Shown: in pieces, positions 9,868 through 20,475 of the stretch | Numbering within the stretch: position 1 is the stretch's first letter | Layout of the letters: every line of letters starts with the position of its first letter | Assembly: GCA_963792585.1 (NCBI GenBank) | Contig: CAWBWI010000005.1 | Location: 157,312 to 221,311, forward strand | Reading direction: 5' to 3' | DNA length: 64,000 nt | Source of the DNA: Candidatus Eiseniibacteriota bacterium | Lineage (GTDB): Bacteria; Eisenbacteria; RBG-16-71-46; CAIMUX01; VGJL01 | The notes under the pieces: model-generated | The model's database searches: none | Told to the model about the DNA's origin: nothing | What the model saw: the letters and a program-made list of their open reading frames with translations, nothing else | Made by a program: the position numbers and the translations under genes

Positions 9868-11232
9868 TCAGACCTCCCGCTTTACGCGTGCCAGCGCAGC
9901 CAGCGCGCGCAGGCGCGCCTCCGCATGGTCGATGATCGGATCCGGACGCGGTGCCGTCGTCCACCGTCGAACGTACGCCCCGTCGGGGTCGAACTTGGCC
10001 TCCTGCGCCGCCGGGTTGAAGATCCGGAAATAGGGCGCCGCGTCGGCGCCGCATCCTGCCACCCATTGCCAGCCGAGGGTGTTGTTGGCGAGATCGGCGT
10101 CCACGAGTGTGTCCCAGAACCATCGCGCCCCTTCCCGCCAAGGCAGGAGCAGGTCCTTGACCAGGAACGAGGCGACGATCATGCGGACCCGATTGTGCAT
10201 CCAACCGGTGGTCCAGAGTTCCGCCATCCCGGCATCGACGATCCCATAGCCGGTGCGAGCGCGCTGCCATGCGTGCAGGCGCCGCGGATCCCGTCTCCAT
10301 GGAAACGCGCGGAACTCCGGACGCAGCGGTTGCGTGGGGGTCTGCGGGAAGTGGTAGAGAAGATGGTGGGCAAACTCGCGCCACCCGATTTGCCGGACGT
10401 ACCCCTCGGCGGCGGCGATGATCCCGGGCTCGGGGTGGGTCGCGGCACGGGTGGTGATCGCGCGCAGCACTTGACGCGGCCCGATCTCGCCGAAATGGAG
10501 ATGGGGGGACAGCCGGGAAACGCCGTCGCGATCGGGCCGATCGCGACCGGCCAGGTATCCGCTCAAACCGCTTCTGATAAACTTCCGCAGCCGCTTTTGC
10601 GCACCGACCTCGCCCGGGGTCCAAACCTCACGGATGCCCGAAGCCCAGTCGACTCGCGACTCGAGTCTCAGGCTGTCGAGCGATCCACGCGCCGGCCATC
10701 GGGTCGGGGCATGCATCCGGCGCGGCGCAGGCAGTGGATCGGGCAGGCTCTCCGGCGCCCCGAGGCACGCATTCCAGAAGGGCGTGAAGACCCGGAACGG
10801 TCCTCCCGCCCGATTGCGGATCGTCCAGGGCTCGTGGAGGAGTGTGGAATTGAAGCTCCGCGCCTCGATCCCGGCGGCCCGCAGTTCCTGCTTCAACTGC
10901 GTCTCCCGAGCGATCGCGGCGGGTTCGTATCGGCGGTTCCAGAAGACGGCATCCGCCCCTGACTCGCCCGCCAGGGCCCGCAAGACGTCGAGGCTGGCAC
11001 CCGCGCGAATGACCAGCCGCGAGCCCAGGCGCGCAAGCGCCGCATCGAGAGCCGCCAGCGATTGGTGAAGCCACCAGCGCGAGGCGGCCCCCGGCGCCCA
11101 GTCCCCCTCTTCGGTCGGTGACCAGATGTAGACTGGGATGACTCCGCCGCCGCGCGCCATCGCTCCGGCGAGCGCAGGGTTGTCCTCCAGCCGCAGATCC
11201 TGCCGAAACCAGAGAATCGTGTTCTTCACCAC
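9868..11232 (-). CDS. phrB: Deoxyribodipyrimidine photolyase (class I CPD)
   Basis: ILWFRQDLRLEDNPAL, SRLSPHLHFGEI, WREF, TGWMHNRVRMIVASFL, DAAPYFRIFNP. Start placed at GTG just before the conserved N-terminus. Confidence 0.92.
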   Translation of the reverse strand: MVKNTILWFRQDLRLEDNPALAGAMARGGGVIPVYIWSPTEEGDWAPGAASRWWLHQSLAALDAALARLGSRLVIRAGASLDVLRALAGESGADAVFWNRRYEPAAIARETQLKQELRAAGIEARSFNSTLLHEPWTIRNRAGGPFRVFTPFWNACLGAPESLPDPLPAPRRMHAPTRWPARGSLDSLRLESRVDWASGIREVWTPGEVGAQKRLRKFIRSGLSGYLAGRDRPDRDGVSRLSPHLHFGEIGPRQVLRAITTRAATHPEPGIIAAAEGYVRQIGWREFAHHLLYHFPQTPTQPLRPEFRAFPWRRDPRRLHAWQRARTGYGIVDAGMAELWTTGWMHNRVRMIVASFLVKDLLLPWREGARWFWDTLVDADLANNTLGWQWVAGCGADAAPYFRIFNPAAQEAKFDPDGAYVRRWTTAPRPDPIIDHAEARLRALAALARVKREV

Positions 11233-11295
11233 ACCGTATGATAGATCATCCCCGCGCTTGACCCCCAGGGCGGCGCCGCGTATAAGGGACTGCTG

Positions 11296-11412
11296 TTGTC
11301 GCCGAGTCCTGCCGCCGCAGGAACGGGGGACCCAAGATGTTGGGGCGTATCGCCGCAAGGCGAAGGGCAAGCTCTTCGGCCCGAGCCCGTCAGCTAACCC
11401 CGTAGGCGTCGG
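11296..11412 (+). promoter_or_regulatory. c-di-AMP (ydaO/yuaA) riboswitch
   Basis: GCCGAGTCC...GGAACGGGGGACCCA...TGGGGCGTATC...AGGG...CCCGAGCCCGTCAGCTAACCCCGTAGGCG matches the ydaO-yuaA consensus and lies directly upstream of a KimA/YdaO-type gene. Confidence 0.9.
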
Positions 11413-11480
11413 AGAGGTGTGCCTTCCGGACCGATCCGGGAGACCCTCCTCGAATCGTCACAGCATCAGGAGGCTCCCAA

Positions 11481-13496
11481 TTGCCGACAGACGGTCCGCT
11501 AGGCGCATCGCCTAAAGGACGCACGCCCCCGGTCGAGAAACCGCCGATTCGGACCCGGGTTCGCCGCTTCCTCATCGGCAATCCTCGCGATCTCGCGGAC
11601 CGTTCGATGTTTCATCGGCTGGCCCTCGTCCCCTTCCTGGCGTGGGTCGGACTTGGGGCGGACGGACTGTCGTCATCTTCGTACGGACCGGAAGAAGCAT
11701 TCCGGACCCTCGGACAGCACACCTACCTGGCCGTCATCCTCGTGGGCGCGATCGCGGCGACGATCTTCATCATCTCGATGGCCTACAGCCGGATCATCGA
11801 GGCCTTCCCCCACGGTGGTGGCGGGTATGTCGTGGCCACGAAGCTACTGGGAGAGCGGGTCGGCGTCGTCTCCGGGTCCGCGTTGCTGGTCGACTACATC
11901 CTGACGATCACCGTCTCGATCGCAGCGTCCGGAGATGCGCTCTTCAGCTTCCTCCCCTTCGCATGGCAGGCTTGGAAGTTCCCCGCGGAGATCTTTCTCA
12001 TCATCGGTCTCACGACCCTCAACATCCGCGGCGTCCGAGAGTCGGTCATCTCCATGCTGCCAGTCTTCATCCTCTTCCTGATCACACACCTCGTGCTCAT
12101 CGTGGGCGGCGTCATCCTGCACGCGCCCCAGGTCGCCGCGACGGCGACCACCATCGGGAGCGGGTTCCACTCGGGCCTATCGACCCTGGGAATCGGCGGA
12201 ATGCTCTTCCTGCTGATCCACGCCTATTCGCTCGGAGGAGGTACTTACACCGGTTTGGAGGCGGTCTCCAACGGCCTGCCCATCATGCGCGAGCCTCGAG
12301 TCCACACGGGAAAGCGAACGATGACCTACATGGCGACATCGCTCGCCTTCACGGCCGCCGGCCTCTTGCTCCTCTACCTGCTCTGGGACATCCGCCACGT
12401 GGACGGCAAGACGTTCAATGCGGTCCTTGTGGAACGCTTCGCCGCGGGCATGCCGTTCGGATCGACATTCATCATCCTGACCCTGGTCTCGGAAGGAGCT
12501 CTCCTGATCGTCGGAGCGCAGGCCGGTTTCATCGACGGCCCGCGGGTGCTCGGGAACATGGCGGTCGACTCCTGGATGCCGCATCGATTCGCGGCGCTGT
12601 CCGAACGGCTGACCACTCAGAACGGGATCATGATGATGGGTGGGGCGTCGCTCGCCGCCCTCCTCTACACGAGGGGAGACGTACGCCATCTCGTGGTCAT
12701 GTACAGCATCAACGTCTTCCTGACCTTTTCGATCTCGATGTTCGGAATGGCCCGGCACATCCTTCAGACGAGGAAGGAACGCCCCCACTGGAGAAAGCGG
12801 CTCCTCTTGTTCGTGACGGGGTTCGCGCTCTGCGCGATGATCCTCTGCATGACGATCTTCATGAAGTTCCGCGAAGGTGGCTGGCTGACCCTGTTCGTCA
12901 CGACCTTCTTCGTTGTGTTCTGCTTCCGGATCCGCCGCCATTACCGCCGCGTCGGCGAGAAGCTGCAGCAGCTGTATGCGGAACTTGGAGAACTGCCCTC
13001 CACCCACGATGATACCAAGGAACTCAAGCCCGACCCGACGAAGCCGACGGCCGTCGTCCTGGTCGGCAGCTACGGCGGACTCGGAATTCACACTGTGCTC
13101 AACATCTTCCGCTCCTTCCCTGGACACTTCCGCAACCTCGTCTTCGTCTCCGTCGGCGTCGTCGATTCGGGTGAGTTCAAGGGGGAGGACGCGATCGAAG
13201 GTTTGGAGAAGCGGACGGAGGAGATGCTTCGCAAGTACGTCGACCTGGCGCGCGCCCTGCAGATCCCAGCCACCTCCCGCTATTCGATCGGAACCGACGC
13301 CGTAGACCAGGCCGAGAAGCTTTGCCTGGGTGTGTTGAAGGAGTTCCCCCACTCGACCTACTTCGCCGGAAAGATCATCTTCCGCAGGGAGAGTTGGTAC
13401 CAGCCGATCCTCCACAACGAGACCGCCTATGCCGTCGCCAAGAGGCTGCAGTGGGCCGGGAGAACGATGGTCATCCTCCCCGCGCGCGTCCGCTAG
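11481..13496 (+). CDS. kimA: APC-family K+ transporter, KimA/YdaO-like
   Basis: GADGLSSSSYGPEEAF, FPHGGGGYVVA, LVDYILTITVS, TGLEAVSNG, C-terminal soluble domain with LHNETA. c-di-AMP riboswitch upstream. Confidence 0.85.
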   Translation: MPTDGPLGASPKGRTPPVEKPPIRTRVRRFLIGNPRDLADRSMFHRLALVPFLAWVGLGADGLSSSSYGPEEAFRTLGQHTYLAVILVGAIAATIFIISMAYSRIIEAFPHGGGGYVVATKLLGERVGVVSGSALLVDYILTITVSIAASGDALFSFLPFAWQAWKFPAEIFLIIGLTTLNIRGVRESVISMLPVFILFLITHLVLIVGGVILHAPQVAATATTIGSGFHSGLSTLGIGGMLFLLIHAYSLGGGTYTGLEAVSNGLPIMREPRVHTGKRTMTYMATSLAFTAAGLLLLYLLWDIRHVDGKTFNAVLVERFAAGMPFGSTFIILTLVSEGALLIVGAQAGFIDGPRVLGNMAVDSWMPHRFAALSERLTTQNGIMMMGGASLAALLYTRGDVRHLVVMYSINVFLTFSISMFGMARHILQTRKERPHWRKRLLLFVTGFALCAMILCMTIFMKFREGGWLTLFVTTFFVVFCFRIRRHYRRVGEKLQQLYAELGELPSTHDDTKELKPDPTKPTAVVLVGSYGGLGIHTVLNIFRSFPGHFRNLVFVSVGVVDSGEFKGEDAIEGLEKRTEEMLRKYVDLARALQIPATSRYSIGTDAVDQAEKLCLGVLKEFPHSTYFAGKIIFRRESWYQPILHNETAYAVAKRLQWAGRTMVILPARVR

Positions 13497-13577
13497 GTAG
13501 CGGGAACGGTGTCTCATCCAGACCTCCGCTAGGTACCCGGGAAACATCCAACCAAACCCCTGATTCGGAGGATCCGC

Positions 13578-15390
13578 GTGAGAATCCTGAGCGCACTGGT
13601 CGCGGTACTCTCCTGGGTTCGTCCCCGCCAGTCGCATCCGACGCGCTCGCCCGCGGTCCGGCGCGACCCGCGGACAAGAGCCTCGTGATGATTGATGCGA
13701 ATCAGCTGACGATGTGTGTCACCAATCGCGGTGGGTTTCAGCACAGGGATGTGGAAGGCCACGAAGGTCACCGCGGGGCTCTTCTTCCCACACGGGTAGG
13801 ACCAGACGGTCGTCTATGCGGCGGGCCTCTGGATGGGCGCGAAGGTTGCCGGTGACACCCGCGTGGCCGTCGCTGACTACTCCATGGAATACGGCCCCGG
13901 CCGAATCTACCCGGACGGGCACTGGGACTCCCCTCGGATCACGCGTATACGGGTGCTGCAAGATCGTTCCATTGCAACGGAGGACCAGGACTACATCCAG
14001 TGGCCCGTGAACGACGGCGCGCCGGCCGGTCTTGACGGGAAGCCCCTCTGCGTCGGCGACCAGACGCTCTGGTCCGTCTACGACGACGCCGGACGCGGCG
14101 AATCGCACGAGCGACTCAGGGGGCTCTGCGCCCCTCATGGTCGAAGTCCGGCAGACGACCTTCGCGTTCGATCGCACCTGGCCTCTGGGAAACGTCGTCT
14201 TCCTGAAGTACCGGATCTACAACCGCGGAGCGGTATCGCTGGACAGCGCGTATGTCGCTCGCTGGCGCGACCCGGACGTGGGTGGCCCGGACGATGATCT
14301 GGTCGCCTGTGATTCGACCTGCGGATGGGTTACGGATACAACGCCACGAACAACGACGCATCGTACGGTACGCGTCCGCCGGCCGTGGCGATCGCCCTGC
14401 TCCAAGGTCCCCTCGTTCCCTCGCCCGGCGGCGCCGGCCACGCGTTCGGGCGGGAATGGCCTGGTTGGGTGAACAGATCGATGACCTCCTTCTCCCGCTT
14501 CCGAAAGGACGAGGACCCGGTCGGCCGATCGGCCACCTACAACTGTCTGCAAGGACTCGCGTTCGACGGAAGCCCTGTCGTGAACCCGGTGACGGGGAAG
14601 GCCACCCGCTTCGCGGTCCCTGGAAGTCCGGTAGAGGGAACCGGCTGGCGCGATGCGGATCCGGGAGATCGGCGCATGCTCGTGAGTGCGGGCCCGTTCA
14701 CGAAGGTCAGGGCGACTGCAGGAGGTGATCCTCGCGGTCATCGTGGCGCAAGGAAGCAACCGGCTCAACAGCCTGTCCCTGGCACGCGAGGCGCGGGATC
14801 CGGCGGAAGCCGTGGTGCCGATCGCACTGGCATCGCTCTCGGCCGAGCGCACGGATGAAGGCGTCGTGATCCGGTGGGAAGTACCCCTGGATGCCCGCGC
14901 CGCGGCGTTCGACGTCTACCGGGGAGATCCCACGGAGCCGAGCCAACGGGTTCGGCTGACCGCGGATCCGCTGCGCGACTGCACCCCTTGTTCCTGTATC
15001 GATCCGCGGCCGCCATTGGAAGAGACCCTCTACTGGCTATGGAACCTCGACGCCGGCCCGGGCGATGCCTGGCTCGGACCCGCCGTGCTCCCGCCCGCGG
15101 AGTCAGGGTCGGAGCGGCTGACGCTTGCGATCGACGGAGCCATGCCGCTTCCGGGGGCGATCCGCCTCCGGTACGAGTTACGCCGAGATGAGCAGGCAAA
15201 GCTGAGCGTGCATGATGTGCAGGGCCGGATGGTGCGAACTCTGCTGGATCGGGTCGAGCAGGGGGGCCGGCATACGATTGCATGGGACGGTCTCGACGAG
15301 GCCGGCAGGACAGCGCCTGCGGGATTCTACATCGCCCGGCTCACTGCAGGGACTTCGGTCCGGGCCTGCAAGCTTCTTCGCGCGCTCTCA
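13578..15390 (+). pseudogene. Disrupted secreted protein with C-terminal FlgD-Ig domain
   Basis: GGAGG RBS plus GTG. Consecutive fragments in different frames (IDANQLTMCVTNRG; GLFFPHG*DQTVVYAAGLW with in-frame TAG; VEVRQTTFAF; DPGDRRML; WDGLDEAGRTAPAGFY). No stop after the FlgD domain. Confidence 0.7.
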
Positions 15391-16164
15391 GTACTTCAGC
15401 TGCGACCCGAACATGCTGTGCGGGATCGCGAAGACGATCAAGGTGATCACCGCCGCCGCGATCACCACCCCGCGACTGCCGCGCATGCGGGTGACGAAGA
15501 GCAATGCGATCAACCAGGCGATGAAGGCGATCAACGTCTTGTTGTCGGTCAGATCCCAACCAAACGGCACCCCGGTCCAGAAGGCCCCGAAGGCGTACTT
15601 CTGGACGATCGGCCCGAGGACCATTCCACCCAGTCCGAGGAGGATCAGGGTCGTTCTCGTGTATCCGACCAGACGCCGCTTCTTTCTCAATGCCTCGAGG
15701 CCGGACCGGTTGGCATAGAGCATCCCGAAGAACATGAGGAAGATGTGGGGCCCCAGAATCCAGGCGGGCACGGCCCCCTTGAAGCGCGTGATGATGTTTC
15801 CTCGGCGGGGAATGTTCACTTCCTGATCGGAATCGGTCAGCCGGATCTTGTACTCGACCTTCCCCGCGGGTGGCTGGTGCGGGAGCGCCCCTACGAGATT
15901 CTCCCCATCGCGCTGCATTTCTTCGGTGACGAATGGATCCGAGGTCGGGTAACGCCTCCACGAGATGCTACCGGTCACGGCAGGATCGGGCACACGGATG
16001 ACGACCCGCTGGTCGCCCTTTCCGCCGTGAGAGCGATCCAGCCGGTACTTGATCCTCTCCCCTCCGATTTCGACCCGACCGCGGACGGGATATGTCGGAC
16101 CGGTCGTTCGCTGGTAATAGGCGGCCGCCAGCGTGATCAGAACGGCGAGGACCCACAGACGCAT
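15388..16164 (-). CDS. Conserved hypothetical membrane protein
   Basis: MRLWVLAVLITLAAAYYQRTTGPTYP; QPPAGKVEY; GPIVQKYAFGAFWTGVPFGWDLTDNKTLIAF; several TM helices. Confidence 0.75.
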   Translation of the reverse strand: MRLWVLAVLITLAAAYYQRTTGPTYPVRGRVEIGGERIKYRLDRSHGGKGDQRVVIRVPDPAVTGSISWRRYPTSDPFVTEEMQRDGENLVGALPHQPPAGKVEYKIRLTDSDQEVNIPRRGNIITRFKGAVPAWILGPHIFLMFFGMLYANRSGLEALRKKRRLVGYTRTTLILLGLGGMVLGPIVQKYAFGAFWTGVPFGWDLTDNKTLIAFIAWLIALLFVTRMRGSRGVVIAAAVITLIVFAIPHSMFGSQLKY

Positions 16165-16570
16165 CGCATACCTCTCGGATGGTTCCGGCGGGTGCGGCCG
16201 CCGTTCGCTCAACCTGCGCAAGACCAAACCGGGCGGATCATCGCACGGCGCGGGCGGCCCGCGCCACAACGGACACGACCCCGGAAACGCCGCTCCGGAA
16301 CGCGCGATGATCGGTGGCAGGAAGAAGACGGAAAGGAGGCGGCCGGCCCCTTCCAGCGACCGCAAGATCCACCCACCCCGAGACGGCCGCCCGGCCGGCC
16401 CCGGCCGGCCCTGGCCGGCATCGCGTCGAAATCAAACACCCGGCCGGCCGGGTCGGCTCAATGGAGTTCTTGGGGGGCGGCACGGTGCGCGGTCGGCTGC
16501 ATGCGCCGGCAGCCGCTGCCGCTCGAGACGAGTACCGACTCCCCTTGTCGCGGCTCGTTCATCTGCTCTG

Positions 16571-17098
16571 CTACGCCCCGACCACATCATCGTGAAGAAT
16601 GGCATAGATCTCTACGTCGTGATGCTTCCCCTTGTTGTACCACGCGCCTCGCGCCGTGCCCTCGTGCCGAAAGCGGCACTTCTCTGCCAGACGACGCGAT
16701 GCCGCATTATCAGGGTGAATGACTAGCCGAATCCGATTGAACGTCTTCGTCTCGAACAGATAGCGCACCATCAGATTGACCGCCTCCGTCATCGCCCCCT
16801 GACCACGATGCCCCGGTCCGTAGAGAATGTAGGAGAGTTCGTATTCGTCCAGGTAGTTGACCGTCTTGAAGAATTCGATGTGCCCGATGATCTCATCGGA
16901 GCTGTTGACGATGACGAGCAAGCCATCCTCTTTGCCCCAGAAGCCTGTATCATGAAACTGCTTCTTGAAGGAGGGCTGCGAGAGAACGCCGCGCGGGAAG
17001 AACTCGCCTCGATTGGCAATGTCGAGATGAAATGCGTAGAGCGGCTCCAGGTCGGCTTCGCGCACCGGGCGCAGGGTGATGGATGTGCCTTTGAGCAT
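16571..17098 (-). CDS. GNAT acetyltransferase, RimJ/RimL family
   Basis: ITLRPVREAD, HRGQGAMTEAV, NAASRRLAEKCRFRHEG. Confidence 0.88.
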   Translation of the reverse strand: MLKGTSITLRPVREADLEPLYAFHLDIANRGEFFPRGVLSQPSFKKQFHDTGFWGKEDGLLVIVNSSDEIIGHIEFFKTVNYLDEYELSYILYGPGHRGQGAMTEAVNLMVRYLFETKTFNRIRLVIHPDNAASRRLAEKCRFRHEGTARGAWYNKGKHHDVEIYAILHDDVVGA

Positions 17099-17137
17099 GC
17101 TTTCTCCCTTTGGTTCATCATCGGCCGGCCGCGCTAC

Positions 17138-17932
17138 CTACCGGAAGATCTCCGCGAAGAAGTCGGTCATCGCCGTCCAGGATCGACGATCGGCCGATTC
17201 GTTGTACGCCGCGCCCTTGGACGGGTCGTTCCCCGAGTCGGGACGCGAGAAGCTATGGACGGCACCCCCGTATGCGATGAACTGCCAGTCGACGCCCGCC
17301 TCGCGCATCTCCTTCATGAAGGCCGCGACCTGCTCGGCCGGGACGTAGGGATCGTCGCCGCCGTGGCAGACGAGGACCTTTCCCCGGATCTGCTTGGCGT
17401 CCGCAGGGTTCGGCGTGTCGAGATTCCCGTGGAAGGAAACGACCCCCGCGAGGGGCGCACCACTGCGGGCCAGCTCGAGCGCGGAGCCCCCCCCAAAGCA
17501 GTATCCGATGACGGCGATCTTGCTCGTGTCGACACGATCCATCCCGCGCAGCACTTCGAGACCCGCGTTCGCGCGGGCGCGCATCAGCTTACGATCGGCC
17601 CGGTAGATCCCCGCCTGCTTTCCGCACTCCTCCGGCGTCGTCGGCCGGACGCCCTTGCCGTAGATGTCCGCAGCGAAGGCCACGTACCCCATCTCCGCGA
17701 GCGTCTCCGCGCGCATCTTCACGTAGGGCCCGACCCCGGTCCAATCGTGAACGACCAGAACCGCCGGACGCTTCGCCGACCCGGCATCAACCGGGTAGGC
17801 CAGGTAACCCTCGAGAACCGCATCCCCCTGCGTGTACTCGATCGTCTCGGTCTTGATCATCGCGTGCGCCCCTCCCGCGGCGAACGAACAGAGGGCAACG
17901 ACCATCATCGAAGCAATCCAGATCGTCTTCAT
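17138..17932 (-). CDS. Dienelactone hydrolase family protein with signal peptide
   Basis: GYCFGG nucleophile motif, VVSFHGNL, YGGAVHSF. N-terminal MKTIWIASMMVVALCSFAAGGAHA. Confidence 0.9.
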   Translation of the reverse strand: MKTIWIASMMVVALCSFAAGGAHAMIKTETIEYTQGDAVLEGYLAYPVDAGSAKRPAVLVVHDWTGVGPYVKMRAETLAEMGYVAFAADIYGKGVRPTTPEECGKQAGIYRADRKLMRARANAGLEVLRGMDRVDTSKIAVIGYCFGGGSALELARSGAPLAGVVSFHGNLDTPNPADAKQIRGKVLVCHGGDDPYVPAEQVAAFMKEMREAGVDWQFIAYGGAVHSFSRPDSGNDPSKGAAYNESADRRSWTAMTDFFAEIFR

Positions 17933-18069
17933 CGATTCCACTCCTCAAACGCCGAGGACGGCGCTCAGCCCGGACCATTGGCGAAACAGGAGAGAATAGC
18001 ACGCCGCGGCAGCCTCGGCCTCGCGTGCGGCGCCGGAGATTCGGACACGAGCCGCCGGTCGGGCGCGCC

Positions 18070-20367
18070 TCAGACGAGCCAGGCGTAGCCGAGCTTCATG
18101 AAGATCGTGCGATCCTCCGGCCGTAGCCCCCTCACGCGGGATCCAGCGTGATTCCCGGAGTAGCCGAGGTAGACGACGGTTTGAGGATTGACCTTGTACG
18201 AAAGCAGGAGTTGCCCGAAGAGGGCGCGGGACCTCGGCTGCAGGTCCATGGCGGGGTCGTAGAGCCTCGTGTTCAGCATCAAGTCCTCGTACTGAACGAT
18301 CGCGCGCGCGTAGGTGCGGACGTTGAACTGATAGACGAATCGCGAGTCGATCAGATTGATTTCGTAGAGCGTCTCGTCCGCTTCGGTGAGTCGCTGGTAG
18401 GTGTGATCGATGGTCATGCTCAGATGGTGCCCCAGGTTCCACTGGAAGCCGGGGCCGCCGCTCAGGTCCCGAGCCGGTCGGGCGTTCGCGTAGTCGATCG
18501 CCTTCCCCGTCCAGACGGTGAACCATCCCTTGAACGCGCCGACCGGTTGTCCCTCTATGTGGAAGCGGCCCGTCGTCACATCGTAGAGACGGCCGAGGTA
18601 TCGCTCCCGCGCGATGGTGAACTGCGCGTCCGATTCCGATTGCATCGGCCCTTGATAGCTGCCGCTGATCTCGATGCCGGAGTCGGTGAGTACCCCTCCC
18701 ATGTCGGTGGTCCTCTGAGCTTCAACGCCGTAGTTGAGGCGGGTGAACCACGATTCCTTCGCGCCATAGATGTGGCGCTGCGCGCCCACCTCGTAGTGCC
18801 GGACGTCGACCCGCGGGACGAAGCCCGCGTCGGCCCGGAAGTTCTGATCCAGGTTCTCGCCGTAAAACCAGCCGCTCCAGCCGCGCCTGTCGTGAGAATA
18901 GAGCAGGCTGCCTCCGAATCCGCCGAACGCGCGCGCCGGCTGGCCATATGCGGCAGCCGTCTCTTTCGGATAATGGGTCGCGGAGCCCACGGCCTGGTAA
19001 CGGATGAGATCTCCCTTTCCGATTCGGATGTGGCCGTCGAAGCCATACACGCGGTTGGAGTAGGAATCGCCTTCCCGGTCGGTGGCCAGCACCCCGATCG
19101 CCGATGCGCTCCCCACGTCCCGGCGGTAGCGGAGGACCCCGCTCGTCACCTTCCGGTCGAGGGCCGTCCCGTCGGATGAGAGATTCGATGGGAAGATCAG
19201 GTTGGGGTGATCGTCGCGCGTCACGAAGAGACCCACTGCAGACCCCGCGAGCTTGCCGGTCACCTTGCCGCCCCACGAGGGATCGACGACCGTTCGGGTG
19301 TAGACCGTTTGCAGCGGGGTTGCGAAGAAGTCCGAGCCCTCGAGGAAGAGGGGACGCTTTTCCGCATACTGCAGGGCGAAACGATTGTTGACCTCGAGCT
19401 GCACGGCGTCCGCTTCGACCTGGGAGAAGTCGGGATTGACGGCCGCGTTGAGGCTCAGGTTCGGCGTGACGCCCCAGCGGGCCGAGAGTCCCGCATCAGC
19501 CTTCTGATCTTCCTTCCGGAGGTGGCCGGACGATCCGACCGCGTCGGTTCGGTGGCCCGTCACCGTTGGATCGAATTCGAGGTTCCTCCCGGGCGTGATC
19601 CCCTCGAAACCGACGATCTTGCCCGCCTGCCGGAAGAAACCGCTCACGTCCCGATCGAAGATCACGGAGCTGAGCTGGTAGCGGACGCTCCGGGGGCGGG
19701 CGCGAAAAGCGACCAAGCCCCAAACCTGGGGACCGTCGGTGCGCGGGAAACGGAGCGCCGTGAAGGGAATCGCGATCTCGACCTCGTAGCCGTCGGCGGT
19801 GATCCGCCCCGCCGTGTTCCAGATCGCGTCCCAGGTGGAATCCTCGGGATCGTCCTCCGCCATATCGTTGCGGGCGAGGTCCATCTGCACACCGAATGGA
19901 TTGACGAAGAACTCGAAACCGCGGCGCTCATCGTTGAACGGGTCGATCATCAGGCCGACGAAGTCGTCCCGGAACGCGGCATCGCGATCGCTCAGGTGGG
20001 CGCGGATCTCGTCGGGCCTGGGGTCGCGAGCCCGGAATGCCGCATAGAAGTTCTGTTCATCGAAGGTGAGGAGGCACTCGGTCGCGACGGGCGCCGGGAC
20101 GTTGTCTCCCGGCTCGATTTCATACGGCAGGTCGATGACGAGGGCCCGACTCCATGCGGCATCGTCGAGCAGGCCGTCTACGTGGACGGACGACGTTGCG
20201 CGCGGCACCGGCCGCGGCGTTCTCTCCGAGGCAATCCGGCCGGCCGAGACGGCTCGAGGCTCATCGGCCCCGGCGCGCGCCGTCGGCAGCCCCCCCGCGA
20301 GCGCGAAGAAGCACGCAAGACACCAGAGGACTCGAAGAGCTGAGAGTGAACGATTCCCGCGGCGCAT
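18070..20367 (-). CDS. CBM9-like/DUF5916 outer-membrane protein
   Basis: VDGLLDDAAW, NPFGVQMD, EIAIPFTALRF, NPDFSQVEADA, EKRPLFLEG, C-terminal FMKLGYAW. Confidence 0.8.
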   Translation of the reverse strand: MRRGNRSLSALRVLWCLACFFALAGGLPTARAGADEPRAVSAGRIASERTPRPVPRATSSVHVDGLLDDAAWSRALVIDLPYEIEPGDNVPAPVATECLLTFDEQNFYAAFRARDPRPDEIRAHLSDRDAAFRDDFVGLMIDPFNDERRGFEFFVNPFGVQMDLARNDMAEDDPEDSTWDAIWNTAGRITADGYEVEIAIPFTALRFPRTDGPQVWGLVAFRARPRSVRYQLSSVIFDRDVSGFFRQAGKIVGFEGITPGRNLEFDPTVTGHRTDAVGSSGHLRKEDQKADAGLSARWGVTPNLSLNAAVNPDFSQVEADAVQLEVNNRFALQYAEKRPLFLEGSDFFATPLQTVYTRTVVDPSWGGKVTGKLAGSAVGLFVTRDDHPNLIFPSNLSSDGTALDRKVTSGVLRYRRDVGSASAIGVLATDREGDSYSNRVYGFDGHIRIGKGDLIRYQAVGSATHYPKETAAAYGQPARAFGGFGGSLLYSHDRRGWSGWFYGENLDQNFRADAGFVPRVDVRHYEVGAQRHIYGAKESWFTRLNYGVEAQRTTDMGGVLTDSGIEISGSYQGPMQSESDAQFTIARERYLGRLYDVTTGRFHIEGQPVGAFKGWFTVWTGKAIDYANARPARDLSGGPGFQWNLGHHLSMTIDHTYQRLTEADETLYEINLIDSRFVYQFNVRTYARAIVQYEDLMLNTRLYDPAMDLQPRSRALFGQLLLSYKVNPQTVVYLGYSGNHAGSRVRGLRPEDRTIFMKLGYAWLV

Positions 20368-20475
20368 CCCCCCACCTTCCAGACCGATCGACCGGGCGTC
20401 ATACGAGTTTCCCGGCTCGAAGGTTTCCACATTCGCGTCGTCACTCACGTCTGTAATCATTTATGCTGCGGCGTA

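Noticed and set aside
13790..13805. In-frame TAG in the FlgD protein gene as possible pyrrolysine or readthrough
   Set aside because: The same gene has several frameshifts and has lost its stop, so decay or error is simpler; no pyl genes are visible.
14686..16722. 678-aa ORF extending past the FlgD domain
   Set aside because: Beyond ~15390 it is the antisense shadow of the membrane protein gene.
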